A stretch of DNA of 64,000 nt. It comes from Candidatus Bathyarchaeia archaeon (GTDB lineage: Archaea; Thermoproteota; Bathyarchaeia; Bathyarchaeales; Bathycorpusculaceae). The stretch lies in contig JBEKBM010000002.1 of NCBI GenBank assembly GCA_050015395.1, positions 64,001-128,000 of the forward strand, in the 5' to 3' direction. Below are positions 38,417 through 47,183 of this stretch, one piece after another. The translations under genes were made by a program, and so were the position numbers. How positions within the stretch are numbered: position 1 is the first letter of the stretch; every line of letters starts with the position of its first letter. The notes under the pieces were generated by a model. That model saw nothing but the letters and a program-made list of their open reading frames with translations. It had not been told where the DNA came from and did no database searches.

Positions 38417-39910
38417 TTATGTAGTTGTGTGTTCTGCGGCATAAAGGATTTCGGGTTTTTCTATTTCTAATCCTAACCCTTCTGCGACGCGGCGTCCATA
38501 TTCTGCATCAGCTTTGGCGAAGAGTTTTGTTTGTCGAATTTGGATTTCTTTGTTAGCGTTTTGGAGGTGGGAAACAATGTTGCTGATGAGGTGGTTTCGA
38601 TCCTGCTCTGTCAAAGCCTTTCGGTACAGTTCTCCGGGTTGAATGAAGTCATCGTTTGGATAGGTATATCGGTGTCTCCCTGCGACCCCAGCGACTTCAA
38701 ACGTTGGTTCAGCAGCTTGCATGTCTGGTTCGGGACCATTAAAACTGTTAGGGTAATAGTTGGCTGCGCCCTTACCGTTTGAGTCAAACCGCATAAAGCC
38801 GTCCCGCTGGTAATTCTTCATTTCTACGCCTTTTGGCCTGTTAACTGGAAGCAGATGGTAGTTGGGTCCGAGGCGGTAGCGGTGAGCGTCGTAATATGCG
38901 AATAAGCGTCCCTGCAGCATTTTGTCTGGAGAAGCAGCGATACCTGGTACAAAGTTTGCTGGGGAAAACGCGGCTTGTTCTACTTCCGCGAAATAGTTCT
39001 CAGGGTTGCGGTTCAGTACCATTCGACCAACTTCCATTGGTGGATAGTCACTGTGGGGCCACACTTTCGTGACGTCGAAAATGTCGAAACGATATGTTTC
39101 TGCATCTTCCGGAGGCATTACCTGCACCTGAAGCGTCCAAGACGGGTACTCGCCTTTTTGGATTGCGTTGTGAAGATCGCGAGTCGCGTGGTCGGGGTCA
39201 ACTCCTTTCATGTGCTCAGCCTCTTCTCGAGTTAAGTTCTGGATGCCTTGGTCTGTTTTGAAGTGGTATTTAACCCAGAAATAATCGCCTGCTTCGTTGT
39301 ACCATTTGAATGTGTGGCTGCCGTAGCCGTTCATGTTGCGGAAAGACTTTGGTGTTCCCCTGTCAGAAAAAAGGATAGTTACCTGATGCAGCGATTCAGG
39401 TGTCAAAGAGAGGAAATCCCAAAACATGTTGGCGTCTTTGAGGTTAGTTTCTGGATTGCGTTTCTGCGTGTGAATGAAGTCTGGAAATTTTAGGGGATCA
39501 CGGATGAAGAAGACAGGCGTGTTGTTACCTACGAGATCGTAATTGCCTTCTTTGGTATAAAACTTGATTGCGAACCCGCGAGGATCACGTTCAGCATCTG
39601 CTGACCCCTTCTCGCCTCCCACCGTGGAGAATCTGGCAAAAACCTCGGTGCGCATACCTACTTCAGAAAGGAAATTTGCCTTCGTATACCTTGTTACATC
39701 ATTTGTAACTTCAAAGTATCCGCCTGCGCCAGCACCTTTGGCGTGAACAATACGTTCCGGTATCCGCTCTCGGTTAAAATGCGCCAACTTTTCGATTAGA
39801 TGAACATCCTGCAGCAAAACTGGACCACGTGCACCGACTGTAACAGAATTCTGGTCGTCGTCTACTTTTCTTCCAAAATCCGTTGTGAAATTGTTCTTTT
39901 TTTCGGTCAT
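38417..39910 (-). CDS. katA: Monofunctional heme catalase (small subunit)
   Basis: [15 protein letters not shown] active-site motif, [30 protein letters not shown] heme ligand. Confidence 0.97.
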   Translation of the reverse strand: MTEKKNNFTTDFGRKVDDDQNSVTVGARGPVLLQDVHLIEKLAHFNRERIPERIVHAKGAGAGGYFEVTNDVTRYTKANFLSEVGMRTEVFARFSTVGGEKGSADAERDPRGFAIKFYTKEGNYDLVGNNTPVFFIRDPLKFPDFIHTQKRNPETNLKDANMFWDFLSLTPESLHQVTILFSDRGTPKSFRNMNGYGSHTFKWYNEAGDYFWVKYHFKTDQGIQNLTREEAEHMKGVDPDHATRDLHNAIQKGEYPSWTLQVQVMPPEDAETYRFDIFDVTKVWPHSDYPPMEVGRMVLNRNPENYFAEVEQAAFSPANFVPGIAASPDKMLQGRLFAYYDAHRYRLGPNYHLLPVNRPKGVEMKNYQRDGFMRFDSNGKGAANYYPNSFNGPEPDMQAAEPTFEVAGVAGRHRYTYPNDDFIQPGELYRKALTEQDRNHLISNIVSHLQNANKEIQIRQTKLFAKADAEYGRRVAEGLGLEIEKPEILYAAEHTTT

Positions 39911-40346
39911 AAAAAGCCTCACTACATTGAATGGACGCGAATTTATTTAAGGATTAGCTTATCACCCTGCTGGTTAGGAAACCAGTGTCTTTGACCAGAA
40001 TTCTTTTTCGATTAAGGGTGCAAGACAAAAAAGGGGTATGAGTAATAAAAATTTGAACGAGAACTGAAAGATGAAGCTAAATTTGTTTAGAGCGTATTAT
40101 AATATTAATGGCGGGCCCGCTGGGATTTGAACCCACGATCTCCGGCTATGGCGGAACCATCAGCCAGAAAATTGTCCCATTAAAGAAACTACTAGAAAAC
40201 AGGTTGGGTAAGGGCTCCCAGTGTCCAAAGTGAGTCGGAACCGGATTTGGACCTGCGCCTTTCATCCTTCATTTCGTCAAGATTCTATGCGTTCAACAGC
40301 CAAGCCATGCCTGTGTTTCTAACTCGGTTTTTGACCAGCAAGTTTA

Positions 40347-40380
40347 TATGAATAATAATTCATATGAAATATAATTCATA
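40347..40380 (+). promoter_or_regulatory. Tandem ArsR/SmtB-type operators overlapping the TATA region
   Basis: TATGAA-N6-TTCATA twice (40347-40364 and 40363-40380) just upstream of the ArsR gene. Confidence 0.7.
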
Positions 40381-40399
40381 CGATTGTTAAGGGCAAGAT

Positions 40400-40729
40400 G
40401 TGAACGAAATGAAAAAAGGGCTAACAAAAATCTGCTATCGATTCTTCACCAACCTAGCAAACCCCACAAGACTCGCCGCCCTCGAACAGCTAATGGAGAA
40501 ACCCATGAGTGTAAACGAACTTGCAACCGCGCTCGGACAAGAACAAAGCATGATTTCACACAACCTTAAACCATTACTCCAATGCAACCTCATCGCCATC
40601 AAACGGCAAGGCAAAAAACACATCTACACCATCAACGAAGAAACCATGCTCCCCATCTTTGGAGCCATCGAAAACCACGCTCAAAAATTCTGTCCCACAG
40701 GCGGAAAATGCCTAAAAGGAGAAAACTAA
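40400..40729 (+). CDS. ArsR/SmtB-family transcriptional regulator
   Basis: FFTNLANPTRLAAL, SVNELA, QSMISHNLKPL, RQGK..IY; C-terminal Cys pair. Confidence 0.92.
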   Translation: MNEMKKGLTKICYRFFTNLANPTRLAALEQLMEKPMSVNELATALGQEQSMISHNLKPLLQCNLIAIKRQGKKHIYTINEETMLPIFGAIENHAQKFCPTGGKCLKGEN

Positions 40730-40730
40730 C

Positions 40731-41384
40731 ATGATAAAAAGAAAAATCGTAAACATAAATGAAAACCTCTGCAACGGATGCGGCAACTGCATCCCCAAAT
40801 GTGCAGAAGGCGCCCTCCAAATAGTAAACGGCAAGGCAAAAATAATCAAAGAGGTCTACTGCGACGGTTTAGGCGCCTGTTTGGGACAATGCCCTCAAGG
40901 AGCAATAACCATAATAGAACGTGCAGCTGAACCCTTCGATGAAAACGAAGTGCACGAACACCTCAAGAACAAAACAAACTCAATGTTGCCCACAAGCATC
41001 CAAGCCAACTCGACATCGCAAAAGCCCCAGTGGCCTGTAAAACTAAACCTTGTCCCAACGAAGGCTCCGTTCTTCGAAAATGCCAACCTGCTACTTGCCG
41101 CTGACTGCGCCCCTATTGCACTCAAAAACTTCCACGACACACTGATGTCTGGGAAACGAGTCGTCATAGGTTGCCCAAAATTCGACGATGCCCGAGCATA
41201 CGCCCAAAAACTAACCGAAATCCTCAAACAAAATAACATCGCAACCGTGACCGTTGCCCATATGGAAGTGCCCTGCTGTACTGGCTTAAAATGGGCAGTA
41301 AACAAGGCGCTTGAATTATCAGGCAAGCAAATTCCAGTTAAAGAGTATGAGATAAAAATTGGAGGCGAAATAGTTGAGCTCTAA
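40731..41384 (+). CDS. 4Fe-4S dicluster protein with Cys-rich C-terminal domain
   Basis: CNGCGNCIPKC, CDGLGACLGQCP; QWPVKL, AADC, GCPKFD, MEVPCC. Confidence 0.88.
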   Translation: MIKRKIVNINENLCNGCGNCIPKCAEGALQIVNGKAKIIKEVYCDGLGACLGQCPQGAITIIERAAEPFDENEVHEHLKNKTNSMLPTSIQANSTSQKPQWPVKLNLVPTKAPFFENANLLLAADCAPIALKNFHDTLMSGKRVVIGCPKFDDARAYAQKLTEILKQNNIATVTVAHMEVPCCTGLKWAVNKALELSGKQIPVKEYEIKIGGEIVEL

Positions 41385-41628
41385 AGATAAACCCGTGGAA
41401 AAGAACCCTCAGACATGCCCTGGACTGCGGGACCTGCTGCAGCCTAAACCAGCCTACATTAAATGTCATGTTTGCGGCGGCGACCTAGAAATTTGGAGTG
41501 ATGAAGACAAAACAGTTTGTCCAGAATGCGGAGCCGAATGGAAACGCCCCGACAAGACAGCCGCATGCCTAGAATACTGCCAGTACGCCGACAAATGCCG
41601 AGGCATCATCGAATCCCGAAAAACCTAA
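41374..41628 (+). CDS. Small Cys-rich Zn-ribbon/Fe-S protein
   Basis: CPG, CHVCG..LEIWSDE...CPECG, CLEYCQYADKC. Confidence 0.75.
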   Translation: MSSKDKPVEKNPQTCPGLRDLLQPKPAYIKCHVCGGDLEIWSDEDKTVCPECGAEWKRPDKTAACLEYCQYADKCRGIIESRKT

Positions 41629-41631
41629 AAT

Positions 41632-42123
41632 GTGGAGATGAGTCTTTTGGTAAAAGTTTTCGTCGTTTATGACACGAAGTATGGCAACACAAAACTTGCT
41701 GGGGAGAACATCGTGGAGGGAATAAGAGAAGTTGAGGGTATTGAAATCTCCATTGGCTACGTCAAGGAAATCGACATTGGAAAAGTGGCTGATTATGACG
41801 CAATAGTGTTAGGCGCGCCAAATCACATGGGTAGATCTTCCAGAACTATGAAGAAGTTTGTTGATAGGTTGGCTGAACTTGATCTGAAAGCAAAGAACGT
41901 GGCTGTTTTCGGCACTTATTCGGGAAGGGTAAGAACTGTGGACAGAGCAGTGAAAAAACTAGAAAAAATGGCGGAAAAGAAGTTGCCTAACCTAAAACTA
42001 ATTTCACCAAGTCTATCAATAAGAGTGAATGGGATACCTGGTCCTTTGGTAGAAGGAGAACTGCCTAAATGCAAAGACTTCGGCAGAAGAATAGCAAATC
42101 ATCTAAAGCAGCATATTCTTTAG
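41632..42123 (+). CDS. Flavodoxin-domain protein
   Basis: VYDTKYGNT, YDAIVLGAP, AVFGTY. Confidence 0.88.
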   Translation: MEMSLLVKVFVVYDTKYGNTKLAGENIVEGIREVEGIEISIGYVKEIDIGKVADYDAIVLGAPNHMGRSSRTMKKFVDRLAELDLKAKNVAVFGTYSGRVRTVDRAVKKLEKMAEKKLPNLKLISPSLSIRVNGIPGPLVEGELPKCKDFGRRIANHLKQHIL

Positions 42124-42141
42124 AAAAAGGGATAGTTACAA

Positions 42142-42510
42142 TTGAGCAAGCAGCATCCGCGCATAACGAGAGAGAAAAAAACTATTGACAAGATGGTTCA
42201 CATATACTGCAGGGGTCACCATGAGACCAAAGGGAATGAGCTGTGTCCTGAATGCACCGAGTTTTTGTCGTACGCTTTCATGCGATTGGACAAGTGTCCT
42301 TTTCAAGAAGAGAAATCTACCTGCGGCAAATGTTTGGTGCACTGTTATCAGCCTCAAATGAAGGAGAAAGTGAAGAAGGTCATGCGGTATTCGGGTCCGC
42401 GGATGCTTTTGCGCAGTCCTGGTTTGGCGCTGCATCACGCGTTTGATGGACGAAAGAAGCCTCAAACACTTGAAGAATTCAGGAAAAAAAAGGCTCAAGT
42501 TCCAACCTAA
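42142..42510 (+). CDS. YgbA / nitrous oxide-stimulated promoter family protein
   Basis: REKKTI..MV.IYC, LCPEC, RLDKCPF.EEK.TC..C.VHCY, VMRYSGPRMLL. Confidence 0.88.
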   Translation: MSKQHPRITREKKTIDKMVHIYCRGHHETKGNELCPECTEFLSYAFMRLDKCPFQEEKSTCGKCLVHCYQPQMKEKVKKVMRYSGPRMLLRSPGLALHHAFDGRKKPQTLEEFRKKKAQVPT

Positions 42511-43008
42511 AGGCGCCCGCCTCGCCCCGATATTATCTGTTGAAGGATGTAATTAAATAAAAGTAAGCGAAAGCGAATATTTCCGCCAAAAGGCAAGTGC
42601 ACCAAAAATTTTGTGTATATATTTAGCTCTTGGCTTTTGTCTTAGGACATTTGTGTGTGCTCAAGCTACCCTCCCGATCTACTAGATGCTTCTAATATGC
42701 TTCAAATATGATTCAACATAGTTCAACATAGGCTCAATGTCCCGCACTTTCAACATGAATTAATGCTTTTTCAACATAGAAAAGCTGTTTTTTAATGTAG
42801 AAAAAAAGCACTAAAGAAGAAAAAACAAGAGCTAAATAAACGCCTCAAAAAATAACGCCAGTCCCTTCCACAAAAACCTTAAGTCCCTAGGAATTAACAG
42901 AATCTTTTCAAAAATTAACTCTAATTCTGTTAAATAAACCTGATCAGATTCGAGTCTGAAGTTGTTTGGGGCTCTATGGGTTCCAGTCCTTCGGTCCAAA
43001 AGGGAGAG

Positions 43009-43105
43009 CGGGCCCGGTGGGATTTGAACCCACGATCTCCGGCTATCTTCCGCTTTAAGAAGCGTCCGAAGGCCGACACCTTAATCCGTGCTAGGCTACG
43101 AGCCC
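43009..43105 (-). tRNA. tRNA-Arg(TCG) with a 21-nt intron at 37/38 (about 43045-43065)
   Basis: GGGCTCG acceptor stem, anticodon arm TCGGC-CT-TCG-G[intron]A-GCCGG, T arm GTGGG-TTCAAAT-CCCAC. Confidence 0.92.
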
Positions 43106-43196
43106 ACCTTTGACAACTCAATAATGCAGTAGCATTAAAGATTTACGACAATTCTTATAAACCAACATAATATTAAACTTGTGTCACCCTAAGCGC

Positions 43197-43274
43197 GGGC
43201 CGGTAGCTCAGCACGGCTGGAGCGTTCGACTGATAATCGAAAGGTCGCCGGTTCAAATCCGGCTCGGCCCACCA
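43197..43274 (+). tRNA. tRNA-Ile(GAT), CCA encoded
   Basis: GGGCCGG...TTCGA-CT-GAT-AA-TCGAA...GCCGG-TTCAAAT-CCGGC-TCGGCCC-A-CCA. Confidence 0.96.
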
Positions 43275-43318
43275 ATTAATCCGCACAAAAGGGTTATGGA
43301 ATCTTAGCCTGAAAAAAT

Positions 43319-44329
43319 ATGACTCAGCTCTCTCCCGAAACAATTTGGAACTTAAACGAAAAAGAACTCTTAAGCTTACTGGAATCAGGCTTCTTTACGC
43401 CCAAGCCCAAAGAAATCCGCTTTTACGCTCCAAGCTTCACCTACTACAAAACAAAATATTACTGCTCATCCCCAAATAGTTTCCCAACCATTTCCGTCAC
43501 TGGTACATCTTGCGCGTTGAATTGCAAACATTGTGGGGGCAAAGTGCTTGAAACCATGCGTCCAGTGCTCTCGCCTAAGGAACTGTTTGAGTTATGCACC
43601 AAGCTGAAACAGGACGGCGCTCAAGGTTGCCTCGTTAGCGGCGGATGTTTACCCGATGGTTCTGTGCCTCTTAACCAGTTCGTGCCTGCGCTTAGGAGAA
43701 TTAAGCGGGAGCTCGGCTTAACAGTTTTTGTTCATACAGGCATAATAAACCTTGAAACTGCCGTCTCGCTCATGGACGCTGAAGTTGATGCAGCATTAAT
43801 CGATGTTATTGGTTCAAAAGAAACGATAAAGAAAACCTACAACCTGAACGTAACCCCTGAAGATTATGCGGACTCATTGAAGGCTTTGGACAAATCAGGA
43901 TTAAATTTTGTGCCTCACGTTATCGTTGGGTTAAATGAGGGCAAATTAGACGGTGAACTAGAAGCGCTCCAAATGATAAGCAGAGTTAAGCCTTCTGCCT
44001 TAGTAATAATAGCGTTCATGCCAATACATGGAACAGCCATGGAGAAAGCGCCGCCGCCCAAACCAGTTGACATAGCCAAAGTCGCATCGGTGGCACGGTT
44101 GATGTTTCCAGAAACTCCGTTGATTTTGGGTTGCATGAGACCCAAAGGTGCAATACGCAGCGAAACAGACGTTTTAGCGTTGAAGGCTGGGGTGGATGCA
44201 GTTGCGTTTCCCAGTGAAGATGCCGTAAAATACGCGGAAAGCAAAGGGTGCACGATTTCTTTTTCTTCTTATTGTTGCGCTCAAATGTACATGGATGCTG
44301 CTGGAAAATTAAAAAGTAATCGACTTTAG
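43319..44329 (+). CDS. Radical SAM protein (biotin synthase-related archaeal family)
   Basis: CALNCKHC, LVSGG, VHTG, VPHVIVGL, LGCMRP. Confidence 0.88.
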   Translation: MTQLSPETIWNLNEKELLSLLESGFFTPKPKEIRFYAPSFTYYKTKYYCSSPNSFPTISVTGTSCALNCKHCGGKVLETMRPVLSPKELFELCTKLKQDGAQGCLVSGGCLPDGSVPLNQFVPALRRIKRELGLTVFVHTGIINLETAVSLMDAEVDAALIDVIGSKETIKKTYNLNVTPEDYADSLKALDKSGLNFVPHVIVGLNEGKLDGELEALQMISRVKPSALVIIAFMPIHGTAMEKAPPPKPVDIAKVASVARLMFPETPLILGCMRPKGAIRSETDVLALKAGVDAVAFPSEDAVKYAESKGCTISFSSYCCAQMYMDAAGKLKSNRL

Positions 44330-44943
44330 CTTGATTTTAACATTTTGTAGCCCAGTATAATGGTCCATGCTGAAACAATAAGTCCCGACACGAATTCTGG
44401 AATAGCCACATTTGGAACATAGTTAAATGCAAACAATAGTATCCAAGGCAGTGCTGCGGTAATACCAGTTGAAACCGTGAAAATTGCCATTCGCCCCTGA
44501 TGAGCAAGCAAAAAAGCGCAGGTTATAATGAACATTGATATGGGCATTAGCGTGAAGAATGCTACTGAAACTGCATAGTGCGTCCCAGAATAATGCTCGT
44601 TAAAAACGCCAATAGCGATAAGCGCTATCGTTGCTGCTGCAAAGACTGCGGCTCCAATTTTGCCAACCCAAGTTTTTCCAAGGCAGGCAAACAAGCCAAA
44701 TACTGCAAAGTTTAAGGCTAAAAGCCCGCTGACGCATAGCCCGAAATTGAAGAGTAATCCAGTTATGCCTGCTATTACGCCTAAATCGCTTAAGGCATTG
44801 CTTGTCCAGCTGAAGGAGGGGTAGGATGCGATGGCTATCAAGATGCAGGGAAACGCAAGTATGGGTGCAAATATTCCTGTGGCGGCTCCGAATCTTTGTT
44901 TTCCAGTGTTTCTATATTCAGGCAACCCTTGATTCCTCAGCAA
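44326..44943 (-). CDS. DUF998-like membrane protein
   Basis: FSWTSNALSDLG, LFN, IGVFNE...H, AIPE; 5-6 TM. Confidence 0.75.
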   Translation of the reverse strand: MLRNQGLPEYRNTGKQRFGAATGIFAPILAFPCILIAIASYPSFSWTSNALSDLGVIAGITGLLFNFGLCVSGLLALNFAVFGLFACLGKTWVGKIGAAVFAAATIALIAIGVFNEHYSGTHYAVSVAFFTLMPISMFIITCAFLLAHQGRMAIFTVSTGITAALPWILLFAFNYVPNVAIPEFVSGLIVSAWTIILGYKMLKSS

Positions 44944-45039
44944 CTTAAATGGCGATAACTTGCTTTAAGAATTTGCGTCCTCAGGAACAAGCCGCCTCAA
45001 CGTCTGCGGTAAACGAGCAAAGAAGCAAAGTCTGCTGGC

Positions 45040-45079
45040 AAAAATTCTTAAATCTGAATAGCGTAGAAATAGATTAGCC
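45040..45079 (+). promoter_or_regulatory. Conserved promoter/leader repeat, copy D
   Basis: 27 nt (TCTTAAATCTGAATAGCGTAGAAATAG) identical to copy B; ATG at 45080. Confidence 0.75.
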
Positions 45080-45133
45080 ATGTTGATTTTTTGCCCATTT
45101 CGCGTGGATGCTTACCTGCTCGTCAGTGTGATT

Positions 45134-45358
45134 CTATCTCTTCAAGTGTGTGGCCTTCCATTTTTCTTGAAGCTTTTCGGCAAGATTACCATTTTCAAGA
45201 ATGAAGGCTCCACGGTAGCCGCAGTTTTTGCACTGCCATAACGACCAGAGTTGAGGCATGCCCTGAGCCCAGAACACATCGAGTGAACCGCATTTCGGAC
45301 AGAACTTAACTGGAAATTTGCTTTTCTTATTTTGTCTCGTTGATGTATCAGTCAACAA
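45134..45358 (-). CDS. Small zinc-ribbon protein
   Basis: FCPKCGS...WQCKNCGYRG. Confidence 0.75.
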   Translation of the reverse strand: MLTDTSTRQNKKSKFPVKFCPKCGSLDVFWAQGMPQLWSLWQCKNCGYRGAFILENGNLAEKLQEKWKATHLKR

Positions 45359-45698
45359 GCATCACTACATCCATTAATGTTTTAATATCTTTTTATTTGT
45401 TAGCTTGAGCGTATTAATTAATTTTTTATTCTCTCTCTTACCTAAGGCTCAAGGTTAAATCAGTGGTTCCTCAGAAATCTTATGTAGTAAAATCAGTATA
45501 GATTCATTGTTAAATCATGTATATTCTTCAAAAAATCCTTCGAGAGTCTGCCTTTCATCTTCCACTTTATCGATTCTTTCAGATCAGTATAGTGAAAGTA
45601 GAACATCCAAAGTAGTTAGTTCTCGTTAGCGTGCGCCACCGAGTAAAGGCTGATAGTTTTTTAATAGCTAAAACGTATAGCTTTCATGAAGTGAAAGA

Positions 45699-45863
45699 TT
45701 GCGAAAAAAGTCCGAAGCATTTGCGATAATCTGTATAATTTTCTTCTTAGTTTTTGGTATATCCATTCTATGGCTCAATAATAATTTATTGACATGGTCA
45801 TCAGGAGTTCTAGCATCTGCTACGGGGCTTCTTTCCACTTACTTTAACAAAAAAGGTTCTTAA
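45699..45863 (+). CDS. Small 2-TM membrane protein (54 aa), not in the ORF track
   Basis: TTG-RKKSEAFAIICIIFFLVFGISILWLNNNLLTWSSGVLASATGLLSTYFNKKGS*. Confidence 0.5.
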   Translation: MRKKSEAFAIICIIFFLVFGISILWLNNNLLTWSSGVLASATGLLSTYFNKKGS

Positions 45864-45921
45864 GAAGATTTATAATTAAACTCTGGGATAAAGAAGGATG
45901 GAAAACTCGGCAAAATCTTGA

Positions 45922-46158
45922 TTGGAGGAGAATAAAATGGTAGAAGTTGACAACAGTAAATCTTTCATGAAAAAAAATGAAAAAACTATTTCATGGATAG
46001 CTATTATTATTGGAGTGGTTTCATTGTTAGTATATGGTCTAATTGGAATAATAGCTATTATCTTAGGCTATTGGATTTTCAAACAAAAAACTTACAAAAC
46101 AAACGGTGAAATTGCAATAGTTCTTGGAATTGCAGGAATTGTATTATCTCTGATATGA
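45922..46158 (+). CDS. Small membrane protein
   Basis: Hydrophobic helices (GIIAIILG...AIVLGI); SD GGAGGAG favours ATG 45938. Confidence 0.65.
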   Translation: MEENKMVEVDNSKSFMKKNEKTISWIAIIIGVVSLLVYGLIGIIAIILGYWIFKQKTYKTNGEIAIVLGIAGIVLSLI

Positions 46159-46362
46159 GGAATGTTAAATCATAACGTGCCAAACCCAGTTAAAAAATTA
46201 TTGAACTTTTCCAAACGTGAGGTAGTTGGAACCTAAACGGATTAAGCGTTTCTTTTTATGCGAATATTTTAGAACCCGTTCTTTCAGAATGGTCGCTTAA
46301 TAATTAAAATACCGAAAAACCTAAAACAAATCCAAGTTAATGCTATGTGAGGAAAAGGGAAA

Positions 46363-46554
46363 ATGGGATACCCTGTATGGACACACACTTCAGACAGATA
46401 CTATGCACAAATGATGCATGAAGGCGAAGAAAACAAGCTGTCGTCAGAGAATAGCGAGCTAAGAAAAGAAAATGAAGCACTCAAAGCAAGAAACAAAGAG
46501 CTCGAAGATGAAAACAAAGACCTGAAAAAATACATAGACTCTTTGAAATGCTGA
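46363..46554 (+). CDS. Small coiled-coil protein
   Basis: Heptads ENNKLSS/ENSELRK/ENEALKA/RNKELED/ENKDLKK. Confidence 0.6.
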   Translation: MGYPVWTHTSDRYYAQMMHEGEENKLSSENSELRKENEALKARNKELEDENKDLKKYIDSLKC

Positions 46555-46629
46555 TGAGAAATACTTGAAAAGACAGCAACGAGCTAGAGAACTCGGAATT
46601 TGAATATTAAGATACTAATTTTTCATAAA

Positions 46630-46668
46630 GATAAATCTTAAATCTGCATAACGTAGAAATAGCCTAAC
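46630..46668 (+). promoter_or_regulatory. Conserved promoter/leader repeat, copy E
   Basis: GATAAATCTTAAATCTGCATAACGTAGAAATAGCCTAAC-ATG. Confidence 0.8.
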
Positions 46669-46956
46669 ATGACAAAAAGATTTACAGCTATCATCCTCAT
46701 TGCCAATGTCATAATGGGTTTGCTTCTTTATCTTTCCAGTCAATTGGTGCTCTCAGAACTCAATGGTGCGACGCTAAGCGGATATAGTATTACCTCAATT
46801 GGCATAACGCCAACACAGGTTGGTCAAGTTATTGTTCCGATTGCGATGTCAATGGCTAACTTCCCGTTCTATGTCTTTGTCCTCTTTTTGATAGTAAATG
46901 CTTGCTTCATAATAAAACTGCTAATAAGCAAAGAAACAAAACAGAACCCTTCTTAA
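46669..46956 (+). CDS. Small 2-TM membrane protein
   Basis: 95-aa ORF starting at the ATG of repeat copy E. Confidence 0.7.
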   Translation: MTKRFTAIILIANVIMGLLLYLSSQLVLSELNGATLSGYSITSIGITPTQVGQVIVPIAMSMANFPFYVFVLFLIVNACFIIKLLISKETKQNPS

Positions 46957-47017
46957 ACCCACATAATGACATTTTGAGCTATTACAGCTAAGAGGACATC
47001 ATTCATTCTTTTATTCC

Positions 47018-47141
47018 CTAAGTTTCTTTCTATTCTGCAAACTACATTAAACGGTTACTACAACCATTCAGGGGTTAGAAACTTCGATATTTACAAAGTA
47101 CATTAAGGCGCTATAATGGTCTCGGTAAGCTAGAAACTTGG
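47018..47141 (+). repeat. 124-bp element with terminal inverted repeats (copy 2)
   Basis: CTAAGTTTCT 47018-47027 and AGAAACTTGG 47132-47141; internal AGAAACTTCG. Confidence 0.8.
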
Positions 47142-47144
47142 AGA

Positions 47145-47183
47145 GATAAGTCTTAAATCTACATAGCATAGATACAGTTTATT
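47145..47183 (+). promoter_or_regulatory. Conserved promoter/leader repeat, copy F
   Basis: GATAAGTCTTAAATCTACATAGCATAGATACAGTTTATT-ATG. Confidence 0.75.

Larger units (their letters stand above)
40109..43046. mobile_element. Islet integrated at tRNA-Arg(TCG), bounded by a duplicated tRNA 3' half
   Basis: 40111-40149 matches 43008-43046 at 38/39 nt; cargo is five co-oriented redox/regulatory genes; no intact integrase. Confidence 0.7.

Noticed and set aside
40109-40149. A third functional tRNA gene
   Set aside because: Only the 3' half is present and no D arm or anticodon follows; treated as an att duplication
42930-43121. 63-aa minus-strand ORF
   Set aside because: It overlaps tRNA-Arg and is spurious
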